The notes beneath the pieces are model-generated. The model was not told the DNA's origin. It was given only the letters and a program-made list of their open reading frames with translations, and ran no database searches. Source: Ylistrum balloti (Eukaryota). Taken from it: DNA of 64,000 bases. Where the stretch lies: positions 62,001-126,000 of the forward strand of contig NW_026782635.1 of NCBI RefSeq assembly GCF_031769215.1, read 5' to 3'. Numbering within the stretch: the stretch's first letter is position 1; each line of letters opens with the position of its first letter. The position numbers were made by a program, and so were the translations under genes. This document shows positions 52,322 to 64,000 of the stretch, piece by piece.

Positions 52322-53844
52322 CTAGAGGCCTAAATTTTGAAGACTAAGAAGCTAATGAGGAAAATCCAAAGTCTAGACGGGGAGGTTTAATAGCACTATC
52401 TTGAAACAAATTTCATAATGCTAATTTATAAAACATTTTAGAGCAGACTCAAGTCCAAGTTTATATTCTGAACCGTGCCATTATATGAATTAAAACGTGG
52501 CATGCTGGTTACGGCAAACTTTCGGGAATTGAAGTCCACCAGCATTTTCCACCACCTGATATTTCATAGATTACACAAAGTTACACAAGTGAATGGCATA
52601 CTTTAACAACAAACATGTGATTAAAACTTCGGGGTATTAAAATCAAAAAACATCTTTTCGTTACATCTTTCCTATCATTAGACTCTATAGTGATCTCAAG
52701 AAATGTGGAAAGCAAGAAAAAGTCAATGAACGTAGTTTTTGGAGGTTTTTTTATGTTATACTCGCCAAAATAATATTTTCGCGACAAGGAAATGTAAAAT
52801 TAAAAAATGATGTACATAAACAATAAGCATGCGATTCTGATATGGAAAGAAACATTTTTATTAGATAGAAGTATATAAGCAGGAAGTAGTGGCGGAGTCT
52901 TCGACACCTTCTTTTTATTCTATCAAATATCTTTGCATTTTCGTTCGCTAAACATTGAATTGGAATTAAAGTTTTCTCGACCTTTTTTCTGCAATCTCAT
53001 ATTCTTTATCAGTAAGTCTACAAATTATGTTGTTTTTCACCAGAATAAAGGTCTGGTGTGCATATATTTTGGAACACATTTTGAGTAACGCGTATCGATA
53101 CGAGTTATTCTTATTTTGACACGTAATTTTATAGATACTGGTGTCCGTCTTCAAGATTGTCTTTTGCTAGACCGAAGCTTATAAAATCCGTCATGTTTTT
53201 GTTTAAAGTTCAAATATTAAGCTCCAAAATGTTGAGATGAATCTCAAGCATAGCAATGAAATTTCCTTTATTTTGTATCTATACATGCATACATGCGAGG
53301 ACAACGTCCGCTCTATCTTCTAATCCACTGGTTACACATCTTTCCACGTAAGTTGAAATGCAGTTAACATGTTTATTTCCTGAATTTTATGGTGTGGCTA
53401 ATTATTTTGAATGAAATAAGCTATAGAATTTTAGAATTTGAGTTACACACTTCAGCATCATTTGGTTGTTGGATAATGGCGCTTTGGGAACCTCATTAAC
53501 TTTCTCATTTCTGCGTACATGACATGACAAGAAATCCGAAATGAAATTATCTTTTTTTTTCAGTGAGAAACTAAAACTTCGATTTTCTCTAACCTTCCCA
53601 AAGGGCTTTTACCATGAAACGTCTTCTGTGTGTCTTCTGCTTGACGTAAACTGATTTCTTTGAAAAACCAAGAGACACACAATTTCCTATGAGTAGCATG
53701 TTTTTAATGATACAACAATCCTCAGGCAGAATATTTTGAGAAATACCGGCTACGTCTAAAATGTCGGTTGTTTCAAACGACATACATCTGTATCTAACCG
53801 TACCATTTCTATATAAATATAATACAATACACAAGATAAAGTCA

Positions 53845-54050
53845 TCCACCAGGAATGGAAAGGAATGACACGACAGACTGTTCTGGATCAGAAGCTAACC
53901 TCGATCTTTTCTAGCAACAAAAAGAACAGGAGCAACTTTCCACCAACCTGTATGATAAGCATGATGATTGCCATTTCACAATTGTGAATTTTCCATTTCT
54001 GGATAGGAACACTCCAACAACCCACATCAATGGTGTTAACATTCCATATT
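53845..54050 (+). mobile_element. Penelope-like RT C-terminal remnant
   Basis: Translates ..ANLDLF*QQKEQEQLSTNLYDKHDDCHFTIVNFPFLDRNTPTTHINGVNI, resembling the LDL..TKLYDKRDDF.F.IVNFPFLDSNIP..AYGVYIS motif I recall from invertebrate Penelope-like RTs. Confidence 0.75.
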
Positions 54051-54819
54051 CTATAGTTTCTATATTATAAGATGTCTAAAACTGACAAACCCGCATCACA
54101 TTTTTCGAGAGATGCAGGTTAATTGGTATTGAGGGAATGCTTACGGTTGTTATAATGATGTCATTAAGGAATATGAGGAGAAATGAACCTGTACGTGTTG
54201 AATATCTTTTTCTCTTACGTAAACAAGTAAATGAGCGCTTTTTACTGGTATGAGATTTTCTTTCCTCGCACCTTAGACAGGGATATTCCACGTAAAACCC
54301 CGTCCTAGATTTTTCTATCTCACCCAATGTGTCTAGTACCTTTACGTGCGTTTGCGCGGAAATTTTAAGCATCGGTGTATTCATCCGCGTGTAAACGTAG
54401 GTGGCACCTATACCAGTGCTTTTCACCAAAAACGTAGGTTATGTTGATGTTAAAATTTCAGATGTTGTAGATGAAATAACATCTTCACTGAAAAATGTAT
54501 TTATTGTAAGTGCGCCCTACATTGCTTACGCAGCACTATCCAAACAGTGTTTAAAAGTGGAGAGACTGTGTGGGTAGTTTGAGGTTCCCACGCGATACGC
54601 CAAACTCTGATGAAATATTAAGTAATGTAATGAGTGGTAGGTGCTAGAAAAACAATCTATTACCTGTAACTGAGTGAGATCGGGGTATCTCATTCTCGGG
54701 CTTAGATCCTCATCCTAGGGGTTGATCCGGGGAGGGAGATTCATCTATATCACTTTCAAGGAGGTGAAAGATTCTATTAAGTGGTTTTGTTCTTATTGAC
54801 CTTGTTCTAATTTGGGAAC

Positions 54820-54965
54820 GTGACATTACTGATTAGCTCTGACAAAGATTAACATGACAGGTATCGTCGATGAAGGAGAAGATGCTTTCACTTCTGGGAC
54901 TAATGGCTTTGCAATTTCTTTTGTTCATATTTGAACCAGAAACATGCTTCCGTTAACATGTTGGT
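54820..54965 (+). mobile_element. Penelope-like 3' segment fragment
   Basis: aacgtgacattact...catgacaggtatcgtcgatgaaggagaagatgctttc matches 45295-45350 and 51924-51990. Confidence 0.6.
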
Positions 54966-55517
54966 AGTTTCTTTGTTGTTTTCCTACACTGACCTAATTA
55001 TAAGCGTGTTTGTTTCTCTGTTTAAAATATGGAATTCGTGTTTCAGTTTTATTAACGACCATAAACTACGAAAAGAAAGGCAGCTAAGTGTACTTTCCGG
55101 CAAAGCTGTCTCGTTGTAGACCTCTCCATCTTCTTTATTAGGTGCATTCGACAGTATACGTCCGTGTGGTAGGACTTTAAAGTCGGCTACTGTTCCGCAC
55201 CATCACACGAAAGATATCACAAAAACTACGCAGCCCTTAAAACTAATCAACACCATAGCTGCTGATAAGACTTTAAACACAAAACATAAAATTCGAACGC
55301 TTCTGATTTGTGTCAGTCGCTTCATATGCTTGTGTGATTTTTGTATCAGCTTCGCGGTCGCATGGTTTAGACACGGCTTGTTGACTTTAACCGTAAAACG
55401 CATGGCACGGTTTAAAATGTATACCTGTACTTTATATCCTTCTGAAATCACATTGATAATGATAGAGGAAGGGCTTATTTCCATCCCGGTTTTTGACATT
55501 TACTTCGTTGCTCAGTC

Positions 55518-55580
55518 GCTTTTTAGGCTCCAGCAATTTAGGACCCTATCATCACTTACGAGTCCTAGAAGCTGTATGGT
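55518..55580 (+). ncRNA. Inactivated hammerhead homolog (GAAA arm deleted)
   Basis: gctttttaggctccagcaatttaggaccctatcatca-cttacga-gtcctagaag-ctgtatggt aligns with the reverse complement of 52277-52352 except that the gacgaaacg segment is missing. Confidence 0.6.
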
Positions 55581-58064
55581 ACAGTTGAATTCAATGTACA
55601 ACTATACTCTATTATAAATGCATTGATTTATGTCTTTTGTACAACGTTATAATGATCGATATTTCGTAGCACTGGACAGACACCTTAACTTTGCAGTGGG
55701 ACAAAGCATATCCATGGTTTTCTATACACAGTGTCCTCTTAACAGAAAAAGCGTCAATACATTCAATAATTTCATTTCCACTCTGTAGAAAGGAGGCTGC
55801 GTTCTTCGTATCCTTCGGTCATGTTGTGAAATAAAGCAAACCTAGGATTTCTGAAAGCAGAAGTGTATAGACGCCCCAACTCTCTGTTACATGTACGTCC
55901 CGTATTGCAGGCATGTCACATTCGATACCACAGCATGATACAATGTAGTCCAGGACAGCAGAAACATCGACAAAAACCGTCAAAATCATCCATAAATTTA
56001 AAACAAAAATATGCTTGACAGAACGCAAATTAACGAAAACGAAGTTTTGCAGTGAAATCGATTTCAGAGAAATTGGTTGCTAAATTGTCTATTATTGTTC
56101 TGCCTATGACAATAGTGTTCATCTGCTGACAGGTGCATGTACACGGTATTGATTTTATATAGGATTCACACTTTGTGTCTACAAACTGGTAATGTTAGAA
56201 CTGTGCTGCTCTACAGCAAGAGATTCATTTGATTTTAGTGTTAAGAACAAGCATTGTAAAACTGATTAATTTCAAAGTGCACCTTGAATGAATATAGAAA
56301 TTAGAATATAGTTATTTATGATCCAAGATAAAAAGGGCTGAAAACTGGTTCAAAAACGGCCTGCCCAATACGGGTATATTGTCGTGTAAAGAGTACTTTT
56401 TTTGTCTTCTACTGCTAATCAGCATAAGCATTACTCGCGCTAAATGGGACCTTGTCGGATGTGACTTTACAAGTTCAACGACAGGTAGCAGTCGCAATGG
56501 AAGGACTGAGCGAAATAGAGAATAACGGTACTGTACAACGTAAGACTGCAAAGGAATATCAAAAGTTTTGGTGAAATAGATAATTCTGTCGATACAGACA
56601 GTATCCAGCGAAAATTTGTCAAAAGTTTCAGACAGTGACTGATTTAACCATATTTATTGTCAACCTTAGAAAAACATACAAGTTGTTGTAACTTTACATC
56701 TCCCAATATATATTTACATATGGAAAGCAATTACTATCGCGGAAACATGCCAATATCTACAGTTATCATTACTATTGAAATCTAAATCCGTTACTAGGCT
56801 AGATGAATGACTATATATGAGTATATTTGCGTTAAGGCTGACGGTGAAATGAGGATTTCCGAACAAAATGGTATCCAAGTTGATCGCAACATTAAAAGTA
56901 ATGAAATTTTATGAAAATATTCCTTAAATTGGTATAAAGATTATATTATAAAAGGAGTAAACGATGTTTTCACAGTGATTACCACAAGTACACAAAGCAT
57001 CATTTACGTGTGAGATTAATTGTAACCAAACGACTCCATGGTAACCAAGCTTGAGCACTGAAGAGGAATTTGCCGTATTTCGTGCCAGAATTTCTATATC
57101 CCAAAGTTATTTACAAAATAACTTAAACGTTGATGTGTGTTGCGTTTGAATAATGAGAGTATGTATAACATACACACACATATATATATTATGACATATT
57201 GACGTCATAATACATTTCTCATGTTAGGATAAGCAGGAAGATATCAATGAGTAAGATATGTTAGCCTGATAACATGGTTCATTGACACTTTGTGAGACAT
57301 ACAATTCTCACTCTGCTAAATTCCCAAATTTGGTTTGCACATTTAACACTTTCTAAAATCACTGAATTGTATAAAGCGCAAAAATAACGAAATGATCCCT
57401 TCCCCATACTTCTAATTAATGCAACTATTCAAGATAACTTCTGTCACAAATGCTACATACTAATTGACGTTGTTTGCGGCCTTTCTAACTCCAGTCAAAA
57501 TGATGCTGGTCCTTATAAGGATGGACTTTTTTTCTGTAGTATTTGTTCCAATAATATATCCCCATCTGTACAGGAAAGGGTGGCGGTGCGCTTCGTTAAT
57601 TTGACCGAAGTTTTAATCGACTGTTGGTTGGTGTTGTATAAATTCGCATTATTTTCTAGAAACAGACTGGATAATATAGAAAATATAATGTTTACAGTCA
57701 TTAACTCACAAATCAAATAAAAACATTGATTAATTTAGATACATATGTGTCATCGGCATGTTCAAACACCCGCATACAATGCATCGTTTTTCTACCTAAG
57801 ATAATTTCAAAATTAATATTGGAGAAAGTCATTTTCATATGTTCTATGTATGTAGTATTTTAAATATAACCTACAGAAGAAAGAGTGAATGGAATATATC
57901 ACAAAAGTATCTAAAACCTTCGAGCATTCGATAGACGTTACCTGATATATTCCTATAACGCTGTCTAACCATATCGAGGAAATCACCTCCGAGTGAAAGG
58001 CGTGCGTTTCAGATAAATCAATATCTGGAAAACGGAATTTGTACTGTATATGATGATTACAACA

Positions 58065-58245
58065 CGAAGAAAATACCAACATGGCAACATAATTCAAACT
58101 CAAATTCCAAAAACAAGTGCAACGTATCAGCAAAAGACAAAGTTACAAGTAGACTCCTGAAAAAGTAAAAGGAAAATTAGACCAGGTGTTCCGGAAGAGT
58201 AAACGTATTCTGCTTCATCGACAAAAAACCCGCCATGTAAGCCTT
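58065..58245 (-). mobile_element. Penelope-like 3' segment, reverse orientation
   Basis: gaagaaaataccaacatggcaacataattcaaactc...agaccaggtgttccggaagagtaaacgtattctgcttcatcgacaaaaaacccgccatg. Confidence 0.7.
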
Positions 58246-61241
58246 GGTCAATCTAAGTAAGACTAATGTTTTATAAAGGGATGTCACAGTGCATTTGTCT
58301 CAGTCAGGCTCATATAAAGACGTTGTATCGAATGATTTCCGTTACAGTGATATCACACGGCAATGTCGCACACCGTCAAGAATGTTAGAGTAGCTTTGGC
58401 ACGGTTAAGGACATACATATAAATTTGGCGTTCGTTCTGAATTTACCGGATAAATAAACATTATGTGATTTATTGCGTTTAAGGCAAGTGCGCTTCTACA
58501 TTTTCTTATTTGATCAGTCAGTTTTTATTTTCTCAGTCACCTTCAAATACATTCCCTTCGCATCACAGACGAATCATTGATGGACAAAACATCTGTATGG
58601 GACTGTTCAAGCCATTATTTGGCTCCACTGTATGATATTCTAATTTTGGTTTGAAAGGTGAGTTTTCTAGTGTGTCTTTTGTATAATCTTTGTAAAAGAA
58701 TCAAATAACAAAATACTCTAAAATATTAATTCGTTCATGGTGTTAGATTCCCTGTATCATAAACGACACTCACTGCTGAGATATTACCATGCGTGAACAT
58801 TTAAGTATGGATTCGACTTGCTTTTAAATTGGTCGAAATCGTATGAAAAACTAAGGTCATTTAAGGATGGCCTCTCGGTGTGTCAGAGGTAAACGTTCGT
58901 TTTAGGAGCCTGCAATATGTCCTTACAAGTCTCTCCTTGTTAGCACAGAACCTACGCCGATTATAGTGCTATAACACTGCAGAAAACCACATCCGGTCCC
59001 ATTGAACAGACAACCAGCAGTCAATGCCAGAAACAAAAGAGACACGAGAACAATAACTTATTACAAAGAAGATAAAACATCAGATCCCAAATTTTGTTAG
59101 CCCCTTACGAATCATGTCAGGGATGCAGTTTTAAAGCTTTACTCGAACAAACTAAATCGGAGACTGTTTTTTGTAACCAATTCACCAGAATAAAAACAGA
59201 ATACTGACAGTCTTCAGGCGCTTCATAAAACAAGGACAAGCATGAACAACAATCGATTTACAGGGAGTCAGTTTTCTGAAATTATTTTGTTTAAATTTCG
59301 AAGTTTTAATGTCGGAGACGCAAATGGCTTTGCTTTCCGAAATATCCACACTCCCAAGTCCGCAGTGTATTTATAAAAAGTAACATTGTTGCAATATCGA
59401 AATTCCAATAATGTCATATAGTTTGAAACAACCGTCTGAAGTCTGTGCCGGCTGAAATGTCGGTATATTTGTGTGTTGTTCAATCTTTAATCATATCTCG
59501 TCATTTCTAATATTAATGTAAGAGTCACCGCAGTTTTAGCATAAACAATCGAATACACGGAAAATTTGTCACTACAGCTTTTACTGTTCGTAGCGATTCA
59601 TCATCATCTCCAATAACATCAGCTGTCATCATTTGAGAGGTTTTATCCTCGACACATGCTATATTCCTTGAGATAATTATGCATTCAGTGACGAGAATAA
59701 AATCATAGATAATGCATAGCACCGATGCTATTTTTGTGATGTGTTTATTAAAAGTGAAGAAATTTCAGAGTCACTTTAATACTACTCTGAAAATTGTGCC
59801 GGCTCATCCTTTCCCAGGCCGTTTGACACTCTACTGGACACTCTCATTATTACAATGGTCCGTCAACACATAAAAGGTCATTAGGGTCATCAGCCAGTGA
59901 AAGACACAACAATCCAAAAAGGAAATCAAACAAACTAAAAAGGTTAAAGACAAATGCTGAAAATCTTAATGGTTATATTATCACAAAATATTAAAATGGT
60001 AAGTCATATTCTATTACATAGATCAACATCTATCAGACAACCTAAAATTTGATAAATCTCAAGTTTCATAGCATGGAGACCATTCATCGATGATAGGTTT
60101 TACGGAATGCAATTTATTATTGAGATATATAATGATTCCATTCCTCCTGCCACTAAGCTGTGAAAAATTGTTTAATGAATGGTTTAAAATAAGTTAAATA
60201 ATGTTTAAAAACGACAGTTGGTAGCGATAAAGCTGCCTTGCGGGCACGATCTGCTTTTTCGTTTCTTGGTATTCCCATGTGAACTGGACACTTGAATGGA
60301 ATCTGTATTCATGATGATTAATTAACGGATCTATTTTGAAATTCCCGGATTACGTAAATTGTATTTACTTATTGAAAAAATGTCTCCATACTGGATATCT
60401 GGTTGATATATATAATAACTTACATGGCGAGTTGCTGATGTTCCCATATACGGCTGTGCTGCTTCATTTCTAGGTCACGTGACCCATCGGAAGACACGGT
60501 AACTGCGTTTTGCAGCAAATACACGCCTATAACGACCACGTATCACGGTCCGATATGTGAAAGATAATTCTATGATTTGACGACATGATAAATAAAATCT
60601 TAGTTTCCGTTGAGATGACTGTTTTGCTTAATTATCTTATGTAATGCAATGCCAACATAATGCGCAAATGTAACACAGGCTGGTTATATTCAATGTTTAG
60701 GCATACTTTGGTGAGGTATAGTGAACAAGATGGTTGCGAATAGTTCTCATGCATAAGAAACAAGACAAGACTGCCAAAAACATCACGTGAAAGACATATC
60801 GGGTAAACGTTCCTTTCCGGAAGTCAATGATCGACCCCGTGGATCTGGAAAAAATGCTATACACATAAAGAGGATGATCTTGCTGCTTACAAAGGGTGTG
60901 GTCAGAAATTACTTTTTAGGAACATATAAAGATATTGATACTGGTATGAGAAGCAAACGTGATGAGACCAAAAAAAACCCGCCCATATCAACTCATTTTC
61001 AGCATTCAACAAACGTTATCTAGACAAGCTGTAATGCTAATTTGAGACTCCTATTTATCCTCAGACCTAACACCACCAATAATTGATTTTCTGTTTCATC
61101 TTGTCATTTTGCTGATAACATTCTTACACCCGCACCTATCGCAAACACCATTGGAATACTGGTGGACTGACGACCTGTAAATTGTCCCATAACTGTAACA
61201 CAAGGAATTCATAGACAGTGATCCTAGGAAACACATATCAA

Positions 61242-61515
61242 CACAGGACTGGTGATCTGAAAGTCTCACTCACTAGACACTAACAACATTACACGTATCA
61301 TCACAGGACTGGTGATCTAAAAGTTTCACTCACTAGACACTAACAACATTACACGTATCATCACAGGAATGGTGATCTAAATGTCTCACTAGACACTAAC
61401 AACATTACACGTATCATCACAGGAATGGTGATCTAAAAGTCTCACTAGACACTAACAACATTACACGTATCATCACAGGAATGGTGATCTAAAAGTCTCA
61501 CTCACTAGACACTAA
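61242..61515. repeat. 60/56-bp tandem repeat, ~4.7 copies
   Basis: cacagga anchors at 61242, 61302, 61362, 61418, 61474; the later units lack one ctca. Confidence 0.92.
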
Positions 61516-61647
61516 AATCTACCATTTAGCATTCACTGTTTTTACTGTCGTTTATCGTTTAAAGAATTCATGACATTCAAATATAAGAACCGAACAAAAT
61601 AATGAAAACATTTTCGTAATATTATCTTTAATCAAGGTTTTCTCACT

Positions 61648-61690
61648 GTTTAACGTCCTATCAACAGCTTTGATCATCTTAAGAATGAAT
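61648..61690. mobile_element. SINE-like dispersed tail fragment
   Basis: gtttaacgtcctatcaacagc...tcatcttaag; related snippets at ~24995 (cccgtcaacacaagaggtcattaggg), ~49917, ~58850 and ~59857 (ccgtcaacacataaaaggtcattaggg). Family assignment is from recall only. Confidence 0.4.
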
Positions 61691-62190
61691 ATTAGGTGAC
61701 TATCTAGTGCGTGTCTGGCCAGTTACTCCCATTATGAGATTTAGCTCTAACCTATTTAACTCTCAAAATATGAATAGAAACAAGATCATTTTTCTGTGAG
61801 TTTGGGTTATGATGTTTTTATACAGTAATTATTCAAGATTTTGTTTGTGAATAAACCATTATATATATAAAAAAAAAATAAACGAATAAACGCCTGACCC
61901 GCGTTTTCTATAAATACGTGTATTTACGCACTTGACGGAAATATTTTGTTGACTTATTATTAATAATGAATTTTATTTGAAATATTTAATCATTGCAAAA
62001 AATCTCCGATTGGTTACATCGGAGAAGAATTAAATGCTAAACACCTAATTTGTGTTGCTATCAACCCAATTAGTTTTTTCCTCGATATAATCCATGTAAC
62101 TACCTGTACAAATGTTTTACAATTCAATAGTCATCTCATCTTGGCCAGATATTCCGTCCATGTTATTTTCACACCTAAAACTTTGACAAA

Positions 62191-62810
62191 TCGAGGTAAG
62201 TCTCGTTACAGGCTGGCGGTCGAGGTTAGTCTCTTAAAAGGCTGGCGGTCGAGGTAAGTCTCTTTACAGGCTGGCGGTCGACGTAAGTCTCATTATAGGC
62301 AGGCTGTCGAAGTAAGTCTCGTTACAGGCTGGCGGTCGAGGTAAATCTCTTTACAGGCTGGCGATCGAGGTTAATCTCTTTAAAGGCTGGCTGTCGAAGT
62401 AAGTCTCTTTACAGGCTGGCGGTCGAGGTAAGTCTCTTTAAAGGCTGGCGATCGAGGTAAGTCTCTTTAAAGGCTGGCGGTCGAGGTAAGTCTCTTTAAA
62501 GGCTGGCGATCGAGGTAAGTCTCTTTAAAGGCTGGCGGTCGAGGTAAGTCTCTTTACAGACTGTCGGTCGAGGTCTCTTTAAAGGCTGGCGATCGAGGTA
62601 AGTCTCTTTAAAGGCTGGCGGTCGAGGTAAGTCTCTTTACAGACTGTCGGTCGAGGTAAGTCTCTTTAAAGGCTGGCATTGATAAGTTAAGTCTCTTTAA
62701 AGTTCCTAAGTCTCTACAGACTTGGTGAAGGGTTAGTCTCTTTAAAGGCTGGCGACAGGTAAGTCTCTTTAAAGGCTAATAAGTCTCTTTAAAGGCTGGC
62801 GGCGGTCTCC
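62191..62810. repeat. 29-bp tandem repeat, ~20 copies, most carrying GAG|GTAAGT
   Basis: Unit aggtaagtctctttaaaggctggcggtcg; degenerates after ~62680. Confidence 0.95.
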
Positions 62811-63199
62811 TTTCAAGTCTCAGCAGGTAAATGTATTATTCTGACTCTGGCAAACTTGGACATCAATAATGCGCTGGCGGCCTTTCAACAGCAGCACCAA
62901 ACTTGGAAGAGTTAGACTGTAATACACATGTCTAGACACCATAGCGCAGTACCGACTTTTGAAAGATAGATTACGTAAGACTTGATTTATGTGCTCTGAA
63001 GCTTCTATGTGATATCACCGTTTAAAACAATGTTTTCTGGATCGCGAGAAAACTAGACACTTATGTTAAACAAGTGACAGAATGGAAACTAAATGTCAGA
63101 TTACCTCTGCGGGTACAGTATCAATATAGTTATCTTGGCTATATATTTTTATTTCAGATACGAAATTCAATAAATATCTCTTAAATGCATTAAATAGAT

Positions 63200-63655
63200 A
63201 CGATTTGTTACCAGTGAACTACTAGACAAAGGCTCCACCCACACTTCGGAACACATCTTTTAAAAATAAACATGATAATAAAGGGTCCTATCATTGGAAG
63301 ACAAATTAAGAGAAAAACATTAAACTCAAGCGCCCCGGAAAAAAGGTATGTTTTTCCACTAGGACAATTCCCAAGTTCACAGGTCCGTCATTGTCTTGGC
63401 TGCGACCAACAACTGTCACGTTGAATTGATTCGCCTGATCTCGACTTATGTACGCCTTTAGCCTGCTATCAGACTTTCATCCTTTTCAAAAATGTCTATT
63501 TCCGGAACCTACCTTTGGTCAGACGATGCTGTCCTACATGATTGTAGGACTTTCTAAACGATCAAGAAAGGACTTTAAAAGTGGTATTGAGGCCCTCAAA
63601 CATCGCTACCAAAAGTGTATAGATACTGAAAGGGGAGTTACAAAAACAATGCAAT
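63200..63655 (+). mobile_element. Decayed mariner (Tc1/mariner) transposase, C-terminal catalytic half
   Basis: Across frameshifts reads LRENIKLKRPG..KGMFFH*DNSQVHRSVIVLAATNNCHVELI, then SDFHPF, ISGTYLWSDDAVLH, KDFKSGIEALKHRYQKCIDTE, following the mariner order HQDNA..H / YSPDLAPSDFHLF / GI..L..RWQKCI. Confidence 0.78.
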
Positions 63656-64000
63656 ATGTCCGACAAAAGTCAAACCTTTTAAGGCCATACCAATTTGATT
63701 TATAGTTCTTCGGGATTTTAGGATTTAAAAGTGGAGCGAGCGAGCGAAATTTTTTTAATATTAAAAAAAAATCCAATTCTTCCAAAATTGGAGGGAGCGA
63801 CTGATAGCAATGTTTTTATGTTGGAATTAAATTATCCTTTTGGTTTTTAATGTTGTTTCTAAGTGATTATGACAGATCTTTTAAAGTAAAACTTCTAATG
63901 ATCGAGGACTCCAGTAATAAATCATTTTATCCATATTTATATTGTATCATATAAGGAAAATATGTTAAAAAAGAATTGTATGCATGATACCCAAAAAGAA

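Noticed and set aside
54076-54429. 117-aa minus-strand ORF with C..C and a basic stretch
   Set aside because: Only one CxxC, non-ATG start, and lies among retroelement debris; no family recognised.

Overview
AT-rich, intron-containing, repeat-dense eukaryotic DNA; gene families and repeat style suggest a bivalve mollusc, probably an oyster (inference). Three intact-looking genes can be built by hand: (1) a 7-exon otopetrin proton channel on + (15051-20186, first exon not located); (2) a single-coding-exon cGAS-like receptor (cGLR, Mab-21 nucleotidyltransferase with a long helical/TPR-like C-terminal extension) on - (31135-33387), flanked by two decayed paralog fragments (~23.45-24.5 kb and ~38.8-39.1 kb, same strand, each ~7.7 kb away); (3) a 5-exon secreted F5/8 type C (discoidin) plus PAN/apple protein on - (42419-46502). 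The rest is about a dozen tandem repeats (21-73 bp units, some with higher-order structure), about 11 fragments of one Penelope-like retroelement family, a decayed mariner transposase, a probable solo LTR and SINE-like tails. The most striking non-coding signal is a triple tandem array of minimal type-I hammerhead ribozymes (52187-52321, - strand), with two degenerate homologs (45539, ~55520), one lying directly behind a Penelope-like RT remnant. Most ORF-track entries are chance or satellite-derived frames. All calls are by eye; no searches or folding were run.
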